Origin: an uncultured virus (IMG/VR IMGVR_UViG_3300025483_001155)
Taxonomy: Duplodnaviria; Heunggongvirae; Uroviricota; Caudoviricetes
Virus record (IMG/VR): IMGVR_UViG_3300025483_001155
Reading direction: 5' to 3' (one strand)
DNA length: 20,000 nucleotides
The translations under genes and the position numbers were made by a program. The notes below the pieces were generated by a model. That model ran no database searches. It was not told the origin of the DNA and was given only the letters and a program-made list of their open reading frames with translations. Shown piece by piece: positions 8,221 through 15,994 of the stretch (within the stretch, counting starts at the first letter, position 1; each line of letters opens with the position of its first letter).

Positions 8221-9147
8221 TTAGTCAAATAAATTTGAGTTGTTAAATCGTTCTGCCATTTTTTTATACATCTCTGGATCACGCTCAATTAATATTGCAT
8301 TTCGGTTAATCAATCTTGCTGCTGAACCTGTACTACCACTACCGGCAAAAGTATCTAGAACTGTATCATTGGGATTACTACATAATGTAATAAAATATTC
8401 TAAGATTTCTTCTGGCTTTTGAGTTGGATGTATTTTATTTTTACCCAAACCGCCACTATATGATATTGTATTTGGAACAACACAATGAACTATATCATTA
8501 GTTTTTTTCAAATTACTATAAACTTTTTTGGCATCATCTAATGCATCATTAAAGCATTTATCCAAGTTACCGTAGATATCATCTTTAATATGCTTATACA
8601 AAATACTACTTACTTTGTCGGCAAGACTATAGCGTTCAACTATTGTACCTTTAACTGCATCACTATTAAATGTACGTTTACCACCGGGTTTAATACCAAA
8701 TATAATATATTCACACCCACTTACTGGATTTACATTCCTATTGAACGGTACTGCGGCTGGCTTTTTCCAAGTGAATACACGCTTGGGTTCAAATCCAACT
8801 GATTCCATTGCTTCCCAAAGATGACTAATATATACATCACTGATGAAAACACAAAATGTCCCACCCTTGCGCATCTTATTAAACCATACCTCAGACCATT
8901 CTATAAGTTGCAGTTTGAAATCAGTATTGCCTAGACTATCCCAATTTTCTGCAAAAGTCTTGTCAAATTTTTGACTATGTATTGCATTTTTATTTTCGCC
9001 AGTAACTGGATCAACCCATTTAACTTCCTGAGCACCTCTATCACTTATATTATAAGGTGGGTCAGTTAACAACAAATCAATTGAGTTATTATCAATTTGA
9101 TTCGCAGCCGTTCGCATATCGCCGTTTATAGTAATAATTTTATTCAT
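8221..9147 (-). CDS. Beta-class N6-adenine/N4-cytosine DNA methyltransferase, 308 aa
   Basis: Catalytic TDPPYN precedes HPTQKP and the SAM-binding VLDTFAGSGST, which is the beta-class motif order. Confidence 0.92.
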   Translation of the reverse strand: MNKIITINGDMRTAANQIDNNSIDLLLTDPPYNISDRGAQEVKWVDPVTGENKNAIHSQKFDKTFAENWDSLGNTDFKLQLIEWSEVWFNKMRKGGTFCVFISDVYISHLWEAMESVGFEPKRVFTWKKPAAVPFNRNVNPVSGCEYIIFGIKPGGKRTFNSDAVKGTIVERYSLADKVSSILYKHIKDDIYGNLDKCFNDALDDAKKVYSNLKKTNDIVHCVVPNTISYSGGLGKNKIHPTQKPEEILEYFITLCSNPNDTVLDTFAGSGSTGSAARLINRNAILIERDPEMYKKMAERFNNSNLFD

Positions 9148-9182
9148 GCGTTTATTATATACGCAAAGTTAATAAATGTCAA
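9148..9182 (-). promoter_or_regulatory. Consensus sigma70 promoter predicted to give a leaderless methyltransferase mRNA
   Basis: TTGACA (9177-9182), 17 nt, TATAAT (9154-9159), 6 nt, ATG (9147). Confidence 0.85.
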
Positions 9183-9186
9183 TAGA

Positions 9187-10476
9187 TTATTTTAAACTCA
9201 TTTTGAAGCCAAGTTTATTTCCTGCTGCATAGCCTGCCCAGCCAAATTCAAAGTTTGCCTTTTTAAAAGATGTTTTCTGAAATAACATTGCTCTATTTTT
9301 AACATCAATATTTACTTGGATTACACTCAATTTTCGTGCTAAATCTTGCAACGATTGCTGTATCTCTTCGTTCATATTTAGATACTTCCAAATCCATTCA
9401 CCCAATGGGGAAACTATGTAACGTACTCTATCATCTCTTTCCCATATAGCATCAGTGAGTTTTGTTTTCATAGTTGCATGAAATGGCTCTAGTATTTGCT
9501 TCAAATCTTCTTTGTTTTCAAAACTATTGAGCCAGTCTGATATTGTAGTCAGGGACATATCTTCTCTTTTTATCCCAGAAATTTCACTTAATGATTGCAA
9601 TGGCGTAGTGCCAAAATAACTATGTAATTTAATGATACCATCTTTTGCACTATTTTCATTAACAGTTTTAAATACAATATAACTCTTCTGTTCTGCAGGA
9701 TTTACTTTGCCTTCTCTGATCTTATCAGAAAGAGCATCAATAATATTCTGAATAGTAACTTTGCCGCCGCCGCCAGATTTGACACTGATAGGATAATCGA
9801 TATTTAATCTTTCGCCGTAAAAATCAATTAATGCAGCATTACTTAGTTTTGGGAAATAAGCATTAGCAAATCCCATATTCGAATGGCTCCAAATTGCAGA
9901 AAGTATTTCCCCATAATTTTTAGAAATAGTTGCCAAATCACTGGGAGTAAATGCAGATAAATCTATATTAGCAAGTGATATAGTATTACTCTTTGTAGTA
10001 GATAGTTTTGCTATATTAAACAATACTTCTGCATGATCAGGATATTTTTCTTGTAAACTATTTTGTAATGTAGATAATATTTCGCTTGCGTTTGCTCTAC
10101 TTCCTGCAAATCCCAAATCTTCCGGTGTTAATTCTTTGCCGCCGAACTTTTTATCAGATGATGTATTTGTGCCTGTGATATTATTAACCCAAAGAAGTTC
10201 CGTTCCTGGATCAACAAATTCGTTGCCATCACGCATTTTTAACTGGTAAGTTTCAAATGAGCCACTAATACTTTTAGTAGTATCAAAAACATCAACCCCA
10301 TAATTATTAAAAAAACGCTTAAAATCTTGTAAGTTACCATCTAATCCAAAACGTATATGTGTGCCGCCTCTACTTCCGGATGTTAATTTAACATCTGCAT
10401 CTTTCAACTGCGCACCTAACCATTTTTTAAAATCAGTTGCAAGCCCACTTTCTAATAATTCTCTAGTAATTTTCAT
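9187..10476 (-). CDS. Putative PD-(D/E)xK restriction-endonuclease-like protein, 429 aa
   Basis: YGEILSA ... YFPKLSNAALIDF ... PISVKSGGGG gives an E..D..SxK catalytic arrangement. Adjacent to the methyltransferase. N-terminus MKITRELLES. Confidence 0.6.
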   Translation of the reverse strand: MKITRELLESGLATDFKKWLGAQLKDADVKLTSGSRGGTHIRFGLDGNLQDFKRFFNNYGVDVFDTTKSISGSFETYQLKMRDGNEFVDPGTELLWVNNITGTNTSSDKKFGGKELTPEDLGFAGSRANASEILSTLQNSLQEKYPDHAEVLFNIAKLSTTKSNTISLANIDLSAFTPSDLATISKNYGEILSAIWSHSNMGFANAYFPKLSNAALIDFYGERLNIDYPISVKSGGGGKVTIQNIIDALSDKIREGKVNPAEQKSYIVFKTVNENSAKDGIIKLHSYFGTTPLQSLSEISGIKREDMSLTTISDWLNSFENKEDLKQILEPFHATMKTKLTDAIWERDDRVRYIVSPLGEWIWKYLNMNEEIQQSLQDLARKLSVIQVNIDVKNRAMLFQKTSFKKANFEFGWAGYAAGNKLGFKMSLK

Positions 10477-11301
10477 TTAATTTCTCAACATTACTTTTGT
10501 TATTGAACCGCTAGTTGCAGTATAACTTATTCTTATCCAATTTACATTAGCATTTACCATATATGCTTGCACACCAGTTTCATTATTAACTATAATATTT
10601 TTATCATAGAATAGATTAGGGGTAAGATCAAACCAATCAGTATCATTTAATGATGGTTGCACACTGAGATCCCCTTGAATATTCACATTACCGGAAAATC
10701 CATCAAAATACAATGCAATTGTATGTAATGACTTAGACTTAATAGTATTACCACTACCATCAAATGTAGTAGTTGTAAAGGTTGTAATTTCTTCACCATT
10801 TACAACATTAGTAACAGGAAAAAATGTAGTCGTTTCCTGTGAATCTTCAAACTGTGGATAAATGTCATCAATTACTTCAATTGTGCCCTTGGCGTTATCA
10901 TATGTATCAGTATATATAATTTGCTCCACACCGTTTTCAACAGTATACATTGCAAACTGATAAAAACCTTCTGGAAGCATAATTGTATCGGCAGTAGTAA
11001 TAACAAGTGACGCCATTCCTTTAGTTGCATTAGTAATATCCAAATATCTGAATAAAACATTTTCACGACTTTCTCTATCATACATTTTCCAGATAATAGT
11101 TTTCCCACTTAAATCAATTGATTTTCTATCAGTGTCTTTTATCTTAAATCTAAGAGTATTATCAATACCCTTGTGTAATTTGTGGTGTCCATCATACATT
11201 GGCATATTCCCTAGGTAGGTTGTCGCAGCAGATGTGCCAGTTTCGTCTAGGCAAACTACTTCTATTTCTCTGTTATACTGCAATACATTAAAGTTAATCA
11301 T
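10477..11301 (-). CDS. Putative virion structural protein (BppU_N/Ig-like beta domains), 274 aa
   Basis: Start moved to ATG 11301 after TAAATA-N5. The pattern KGIDNTLRFKIKD.DRKSIDLSG...KGMASL.IT..DT..L..G.Y resembles baseplate-upper-protein N-domains. Thr-rich. Confidence 0.55.
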   Translation of the reverse strand: MINFNVLQYNREIEVVCLDETGTSAATTYLGNMPMYDGHHKLHKGIDNTLRFKIKDTDRKSIDLSGKTIIWKMYDRESRENVLFRYLDITNATKGMASLVITTADTIMLPEGFYQFAMYTVENGVEQIIYTDTYDNAKGTIEVIDDIYPQFEDSQETTTFFPVTNVVNGEEITTFTTTTFDGSGNTIKSKSLHTIALYFDGFSGNVNIQGDLSVQPSLNDTDWFDLTPNLFYDKNIIVNNETGVQAYMVNANVNWIRISYTATSGSITKVMLRN

Positions 11302-11351
11302 ATATGTATTTATCTTTCGGGACACCTAATTTAAATTATATAAATATAGTT
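11302..11351. promoter_or_regulatory. Back-to-back divergent late promoters, each TAAATA-N5-ATG
   Basis: Minus strand: GATAAATA CATAT ATG (11301). Plus strand: TATAAATA TAGTT ATG (11352). Confidence 0.7.
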
Positions 11352-11738
11352 ATGGATGATAAAAAAATAAAATGGATACAGGAAAACTACCCGTTTTTCT
11401 CATGTGTTCGCTATGGTAAAAAAGAATTTAACGACTATCTGGGGATTGTTATTAACACTGACAATGTAATTACTTCTATGTATAATTGGGAAATAATACC
11501 AACTCCAGAATTACGTAAACAGTTTATTGAGTTAGGCGAACAATGGTGGTGGGAATCAAATAGACTGATTCCTATCAATCTATTTTTAGGTGCTCAAATA
11601 ACACCATATAAAAATTGGATCGTAAATATGAATTCCAAGGATGTAGAAATATCTTGGGGGCCACAAACGAGTTTAAATAATATTGTACAAAAAAGAATTA
11701 AGCGGCGGTCGATTCAACTTGTTCGCAAATTAGATTGA
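11352..11738 (+). CDS. Phage hypothetical protein, 128 aa (only well-supported plus-strand gene)
   Basis: Start at ATG 11352 after TATAAATA. Contains YPFFS...YLGIVIN...ELGEQWWWESNRLIPINLFL. Confidence 0.8.
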   Translation: MDDKKIKWIQENYPFFSCVRYGKKEFNDYLGIVINTDNVITSMYNWEIIPTPELRKQFIELGEQWWWESNRLIPINLFLGAQITPYKNWIVNMNSKDVEISWGPQTSLNNIVQKRIKRRSIQLVRKLD

Positions 11739-12285
11739 GTTGAACCACAATACTTAATGCATAGGCTATGGCGTGTGCTTTCTTAAAATAGTAACTATTA
11801 TCTACAGGGCGTGTCCATACATTTTCTTTAATTACATCAACGCTTGCATTGAGTAAATAACGTTTTGCAGGACGAATTATGGCAAGAACTTCTGCTAATT
11901 CTATGACACTTCTTGGTTTTAACACTCTCAAAACATCAATATGACTACGTACATGTGCAAGTTGTTCGACAATTTCTGGATGTTCTAATAACTCCCAGAT
12001 AGGCTCTTTATCAGTTAGTTCATTTAGGTGTTCTTCGTTGCGAACACCACTGTACAAACTATTATTAAGAAAATCTAATTTAAAGTATCCACGTTCTTCT
12101 GCTTCTTTGTATTCGATACTTGCAAGATTACTAACTGGATCATATGGTATTTCAGATACATACACTCCACTATTGTGTTTTGAATAAACGCCATTCTTTT
12201 TGATACTTGCAGGTATATGCTCAATTAAATTAAGAATTTCATCTCTATCTAAAATATCAATATCAATGTCTGTTTGAATTTTCAT
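11698..12285 (-). CDS. dnaE: Miniature DNA polymerase III alpha (family C)-like catalytic core, 195 aa
   Basis: Ordered DnaE-like motifs TDIDID, KHNSGVYV, GYFKLDFL, AIIRP, YYFKKAHAIAYA. ATG 12285 overlaps the upstream stop (ATGA). Confidence 0.75.
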   Translation of the reverse strand: MKIQTDIDIDILDRDEILNLIEHIPASIKKNGVYSKHNSGVYVSEIPYDPVSNLASIEYKEAEERGYFKLDFLNNSLYSGVRNEEHLNELTDKEPIWELLEHPEIVEQLAHVRSHIDVLRVLKPRSVIELAEVLAIIRPAKRYLLNASVDVIKENVWTRPVDNSYYFKKAHAIAYALSIVVQLNLICEQVESTAA

Positions 12286-12590
12286 TTCCACACCATTATA
12301 AACATTGCAGCATCATCATCCAATTCAAAGTATAGGGACCCTCTGTGCGCTACGTAGGACCCCTCACAGGTATCATTGCACCAATCTATTAATTCTGTCA
12401 ACAAACCAGATCCGGGAACCATTTCATTCGTAAATTTAATATTTTCTTTAGATACACTAGTCCAATTTAGAAATTCTTTATTTTCAAAGTCTGAGAAAAA
12501 CTTGCGGCGATTACGGGCTTTGCCTTCAATTTTACGAAGTCTATCCAATAATGCACGTGTATTATGATTTCTTTTAATAAGAGAAGTCAT
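12282..12590 (-). CDS. Hypothetical protein with C-terminal WC...YF...DAAMF..W motif, 102 aa
   Basis: ATG 12590 in a TGATG overlap with the upstream gene. Confidence 0.75.
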   Translation of the reverse strand: MTSLIKRNHNTRALLDRLRKIEGKARNRRKFFSDFENKEFLNWTSVSKENIKFTNEMVPGSGLLTELIDWCNDTCEGSYVAHRGSLYFELDDDAAMFIMVWK

Positions 12591-13057
12591 CAATTGCGTA
12601 TTTCCTCTTCATTTTCATCTGTATCATTTCCATATAACAATGCTTCGGCTGCACGATACTGGTAATACAAATCTTGTAGTACCGAATATTTTTCAATCAT
12701 TTCCGATTTTGGTTCAAGTATATGTAATCTTTTTTCTATAGCATCGAGTCGTCTTTCAGTTCTGTCTTCATAAGATTCTATATTATCTTGGAAACTAAAG
12801 AGATCAAGTTCAAAATCACTAACATCAACCGTTCCGTGACTTTTTGTATTTGATGTAAGTGGCAGTGTACTATGATGCGAAATACTACTACTACTACTAA
12901 TATCTATATCATCTTCATATTGAAGAGTTAACGTAAACTCACCGAAATCATCTATATTATTTTCAGTTGGGGGATCGTTATCTGAAATATGTTTTTTAAT
13001 TTCCTTGTCCCAATCTGTAATTGCTTCTATTGGATATTTACCTGCACCTGGATACAT
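12590..13057 (-). CDS. Acidic hypothetical protein with C-terminal helical domain, 155 aa
   Basis: Start moved to ATG 13057 (SD GGGAGA, just after the PRTase stop). C-terminal RLDAIEKRLHILEP...KY..LQDLY.QY. Confidence 0.75.
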   Translation of the reverse strand: MYPGAGKYPIEAITDWDKEIKKHISDNDPPTENNIDDFGEFTLTLQYEDDIDISSSSSISHHSTLPLTSNTKSHGTVDVSDFELDLFSFQDNIESYEDRTERRLDAIEKRLHILEPKSEMIEKYSVLQDLYYQYRAAEALLYGNDTDENEEEIRN

Positions 13058-13058
13058 A

Positions 13059-13556
13059 TTATGTCTCCCACGGGAATTGCACCCAATTATCTTCATCATC
13101 GGGAAACTCTTTACTCCAATAATCAGTATCTACAATTGAATTAGGACTACTGAGTAGTGCAGCAAATCGAACATTATTGTGCCAGACTTGATCCCAACGT
13201 TCAGATTTGGGTAAACACGATTGTTGCCAATCTTTCATTATCCATGCCATCGCATCACCGCCGCGATTTATATCATCAATGATTAGCATATTCTTTGAAT
13301 CTTTTTCATATCCAAATGCATCTTCTGACATCCAACAATTACTTTCTGTATTTTCCTCTAGTCCATCGGCACCAAGTTGGACACACAATGTATGCATAGG
13401 TATTTCAGTCATGTGAGAAAGCATTACTGCTGGAACAAGCCCGCCGCGTGTTATACCCACAATGTAATCTGGGCGCCAGTTATCTTTATACATGTCCATT
13501 GCAATATCTTGTATTGCAGAATTAACTTTTCCCCAGTCATATGTAATTAGTTTCAT
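13059..13556 (-). CDS. Type I phosphoribosyltransferase (Gpt/purine PRTase-like), 165 aa
   Basis: YIVGITRGGLVPA, PRPP-binding LIIDDINRGG, C-terminal WVQFPWE. Start at 13556 by TAATG coupling. Confidence 0.85.
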   Translation of the reverse strand: MKLITYDWGKVNSAIQDIAMDMYKDNWRPDYIVGITRGGLVPAVMLSHMTEIPMHTLCVQLGADGLEENTESNCWMSEDAFGYEKDSKNMLIIDDINRGGDAMAWIMKDWQQSCLPKSERWDQVWHNNVRFAALLSSPNSIVDTDYWSKEFPDDEDNWVQFPWET

Positions 13557-13759
13557 TATTTGGTTCCCGTTTCTTTTATTTTTTGTAAACTCCATATTCC
13601 GTTTGCGTCTTCAACCCATTCAAGTTCAGTACCGTCATCCCAGCCAAGATGTAGTAGCATATCTTCCGGTAAGTATATACATAGTTCTCCTGTTTCGGGA
13701 TCTTCAAATACAGTTGTTTTCTTATCATATAGTTTACTTGATGTTCTTGTCGTGCTCAT
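13556..13759 (-). CDS. AbrB/MazE/SpoVT-like small DNA-binding protein, 67 aa
   Basis: GELCIYLPEDMLLHLGWDDGTELEW fits the swapped-hairpin pattern. Confidence 0.65.
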   Translation of the reverse strand: MSTTRTSSKLYDKKTTVFEDPETGELCIYLPEDMLLHLGWDDGTELEWVEDANGIWSLQKIKETGTK

Positions 13760-14433
13760 AATCCTGCTCTTTCTAATACTTCGTTTACAAATTGCACATC
13801 ATCTTTTTTTGTAGAAAACTTCTTTGTCCAAAATGTAGGTTCTAAATATTCATTTATTAAATTCAATTCATGTTCATTAAAATTTGCCATTGCTTCGCTA
13901 CAACTATAGCAATTAAAAATAATCCAAGGGCTAATGCGTCCTGACTTGATCCAATGAATAAGACGCGGCTTACTAATCTCCCTAAAGAATACATTAAACG
14001 GTCTATCATGTTCTCTTCCCCATTGCTGCATTAATAATATGCCTCGCTCTATTGCACGTTCGGCAGTTTCTTTTTTATTTAACTCACGGATATAAGTTTC
14101 ATAAACTGCATCACTGCACCATTTATCTAAGTGTACACTATTATTAATAACAAAGTCAATAAATTTCTCTGGATCAATTGCATTAATATCTATAATATGT
14201 CTGCCGAACTTTGTAAATGCAGTGTAGTAATTAGATTTTGAAAATTCTTCATATGATTTTTCTTTAGTTTTTACACCCTGTGTTAACTTATAAAATTGAT
14301 TATATGCCATGTGCCCTAGTCTAACATATTTAGCATCCTTATTAAGCCATCTGCGTTTAGGCTCACATAGGTGCACTGAAAGAGTCTTTTCTCTTTTAAA
14401 AGACTTTTTACAATATTGACATTCAAAACTCAT
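13756..14433 (-). CDS. Phage protein with N-terminal C2H2/C2HC-like zinc finger, 225 aa
   Basis: FECQYCKKSFKREKTLSVHLC at the N-terminus. Confidence 0.75.
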   Translation of the reverse strand: MSFECQYCKKSFKREKTLSVHLCEPKRRWLNKDAKYVRLGHMAYNQFYKLTQGVKTKEKSYEEFSKSNYYTAFTKFGRHIIDINAIDPEKFIDFVINNSVHLDKWCSDAVYETYIRELNKKETAERAIERGILLMQQWGREHDRPFNVFFREISKPRLIHWIKSGRISPWIIFNCYSCSEAMANFNEHELNLINEYLEPTFWTKKFSTKKDDVQFVNEVLERAGL

Positions 14434-14848
14434 ACGGGCACGGTCCCTCGTCTAATGTAAACCCACCAGTGATGAATACTTCGGGATCAAGTTCATCATC
14501 ATACCCCTGGGCATATAGGAAGTTTACACCATCATCTTCATAGCCCTCAATAAATTTCAAGTGTGCATCAGTCTGTGCAATTACTTCTAGCGTCTTAGTA
14601 TCAATGAATTCATATTCATCAGTGCCATCAAATACCGCATCTATATATGCTTCCTCGAATGCACTATATGTTTCGATAGTTTCAGTAGTATCAATATCAG
14701 AGATATCAACCGTATCATCAATTGCTACACTCATGCTGCCGTTCTTCCAATTAGTATCAATTTTGAACATTATTCCGTCAGAGTTTTTGAAATATTGAAT
14801 TTCATTAATACCATACTTGGCTGCATTTGATAATGTATACCACTTCAT
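14423..14848 (-). CDS. Acidic hypothetical protein, 141 aa
   Basis: ORF coupled on both sides; no recognisable motif. Confidence 0.75.
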   Translation of the reverse strand: MKWYTLSNAAKYGINEIQYFKNSDGIMFKIDTNWKNGSMSVAIDDTVDISDIDTTETIETYSAFEEAYIDAVFDGTDEYEFIDTKTLEVIAQTDAHLKFIEGYEDDGVNFLYAQGYDDELDPEVFITGGFTLDEGPCPYEF

Positions 14849-15324
14849 TTCTTTTTCCTCTTCTTCTTACCAAATATTTCATCTATAGATTGGTCATCAA
14901 TTCCCATATCAATTGCCATACGCTTTATATCATTGTCAGTATTTATTTTTCTATATAGTTCAATTTCGTCTGCCTTCAGATGTGGTAGTGCATCAGATAA
15001 AAATTCAGTTACCTTATCTTTCTTTTTTATGGCAGTGGGAGGCTTAATCCATTCATGATATTGCTTCTTTCCTGCACCAGTTAAACACATTAACTTCCAT
15101 ATTAATTCATCGTGTTTATACAAATCTGTATAATATTTGTTAACAAAATCATTGGTCGCAAGTATTGCTTCCTCTGCGCCCGCCCCTTTAACACTACTGG
15201 CATAACGCAAAAATAACCAACTACTCCATTTCTTCTTATCATCACTTGATAACCGAGAATACCAATCATAGTCACGCTTGTCTATTGCGTTAAGAATATC
15301 ATTTAATGGAAGTTTATCAGTCAT
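14845..15324 (-). CDS. Putative clamp-loader small subunit (T4 gp62-like), 159 aa
   Basis: Loose match to the gp62-type pattern (ILNAI..RD...WLFLRYAS...N..VN...KQYHEWIK...KVTEFL), appropriate size, replication context. Confidence 0.5.
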   Translation of the reverse strand: MTDKLPLNDILNAIDKRDYDWYSRLSSDDKKKWSSWLFLRYASSVKGAGAEEAILATNDFVNKYYTDLYKHDELIWKLMCLTGAGKKQYHEWIKPPTAIKKKDKVTEFLSDALPHLKADEIELYRKINTDNDIKRMAIDMGIDDQSIDEIFGKKKRKKK

Positions 15325-15541
15325 TATCTATTCCTCTAGGTGGTGCAATATATTTGCCACCATTTACAAATATAAACATACTACAAATTTCACTGGATGT
15401 AAAGTAAAAACAGTCATTATTTTCAAAATATTCTACACTCCATTCATGTGTTTGTAAAGATTTTTCGCACCATGAGACAGCATTTTTTGTGTGTTGATAA
15501 TTTACAAGCAATACCCTATGCAATTCTTTCCAATCATCCAT
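15317..15541 (-). CDS. Hypothetical protein with WC...W...FYF.....MF motif, 74 aa
   Basis: Coupled ORF; motif shared with 12282..12590. Confidence 0.7.
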   Translation of the reverse strand: MDDWKELHRVLLVNYQHTKNAVSWCEKSLQTHEWSVEYFENNDCFYFTSSEICSMFIFVNGGKYIAPPRGIDND

Positions 15542-15965
15542 TTGCGCCTTTCCACTTAGTGTATCTATTAACTGCTAACATAAGAGTTTGCTGCGTATCA
15601 TCAAACCATTCAGCAACATGGTAATCATATGATGTAGGCGTTTCGAATACCTTATTTGTATCTTCAAATTTGCCTTCTTTGATTGTATCCATCCAAACTG
15701 TAAAGTCAGGATTAAATTCTAATCGTGCTTGTTCAGTAGGGCAAACAAAGTCAGCAATAGCAATTTTACCTGCTAATACTACCCCGTCTGCTAGGTATCG
15801 CATACGTACAGCCTGCCTGATACGCCCTGATAGGCTAAAGTCCCAATCGTTATAATAGGTTCTTACTTGGTCAGCATTAATATGTACACCCCCAATAAGT
15901 TCAGAAAATGGTTTTGCCAATGTAGTTTTGCCACTTCCCGGTAATCCAAATATTAATATTTTCAT
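15534..15965 (-). CDS. Adenylylsulfate-kinase-like P-loop kinase, 143 aa
   Basis: GLPGSGKTTLA, INADQVR, DFS..GRIRQA.RM, IADFVCPT...R, FETP. Confidence 0.75.
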   Translation of the reverse strand: MKILIFGLPGSGKTTLAKPFSELIGGVHINADQVRTYYNDWDFSLSGRIRQAVRMRYLADGVVLAGKIAIADFVCPTEQARLEFNPDFTVWMDTIKEGKFEDTNKVFETPTSYDYHVAEWFDDTQQTLMLAVNRYTKWKGANG

Positions 15966-15994
15966 AACTTATTTCCTTTTACACTATCATTGAA

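Noticed and set aside
8221..9147. Calling the methyltransferase ccrM
   Set aside because: Shares only class-level beta motifs. It ends soon after the SAM-binding motif, without the C-terminal domain typical of CcrM, and its specificity is unknown.
12883..12899. (TAC)n trinucleotide run
   Set aside because: Encodes a short poly-Ser linker in frame; no sign of phase variation.
13059..13759. AbrB/MazE-like gene plus downstream gene as a toxin-antitoxin pair
   Set aside because: The downstream gene looks like an ordinary Gpt-like PRTase; no MazF, PIN or other toxin motif nearby.
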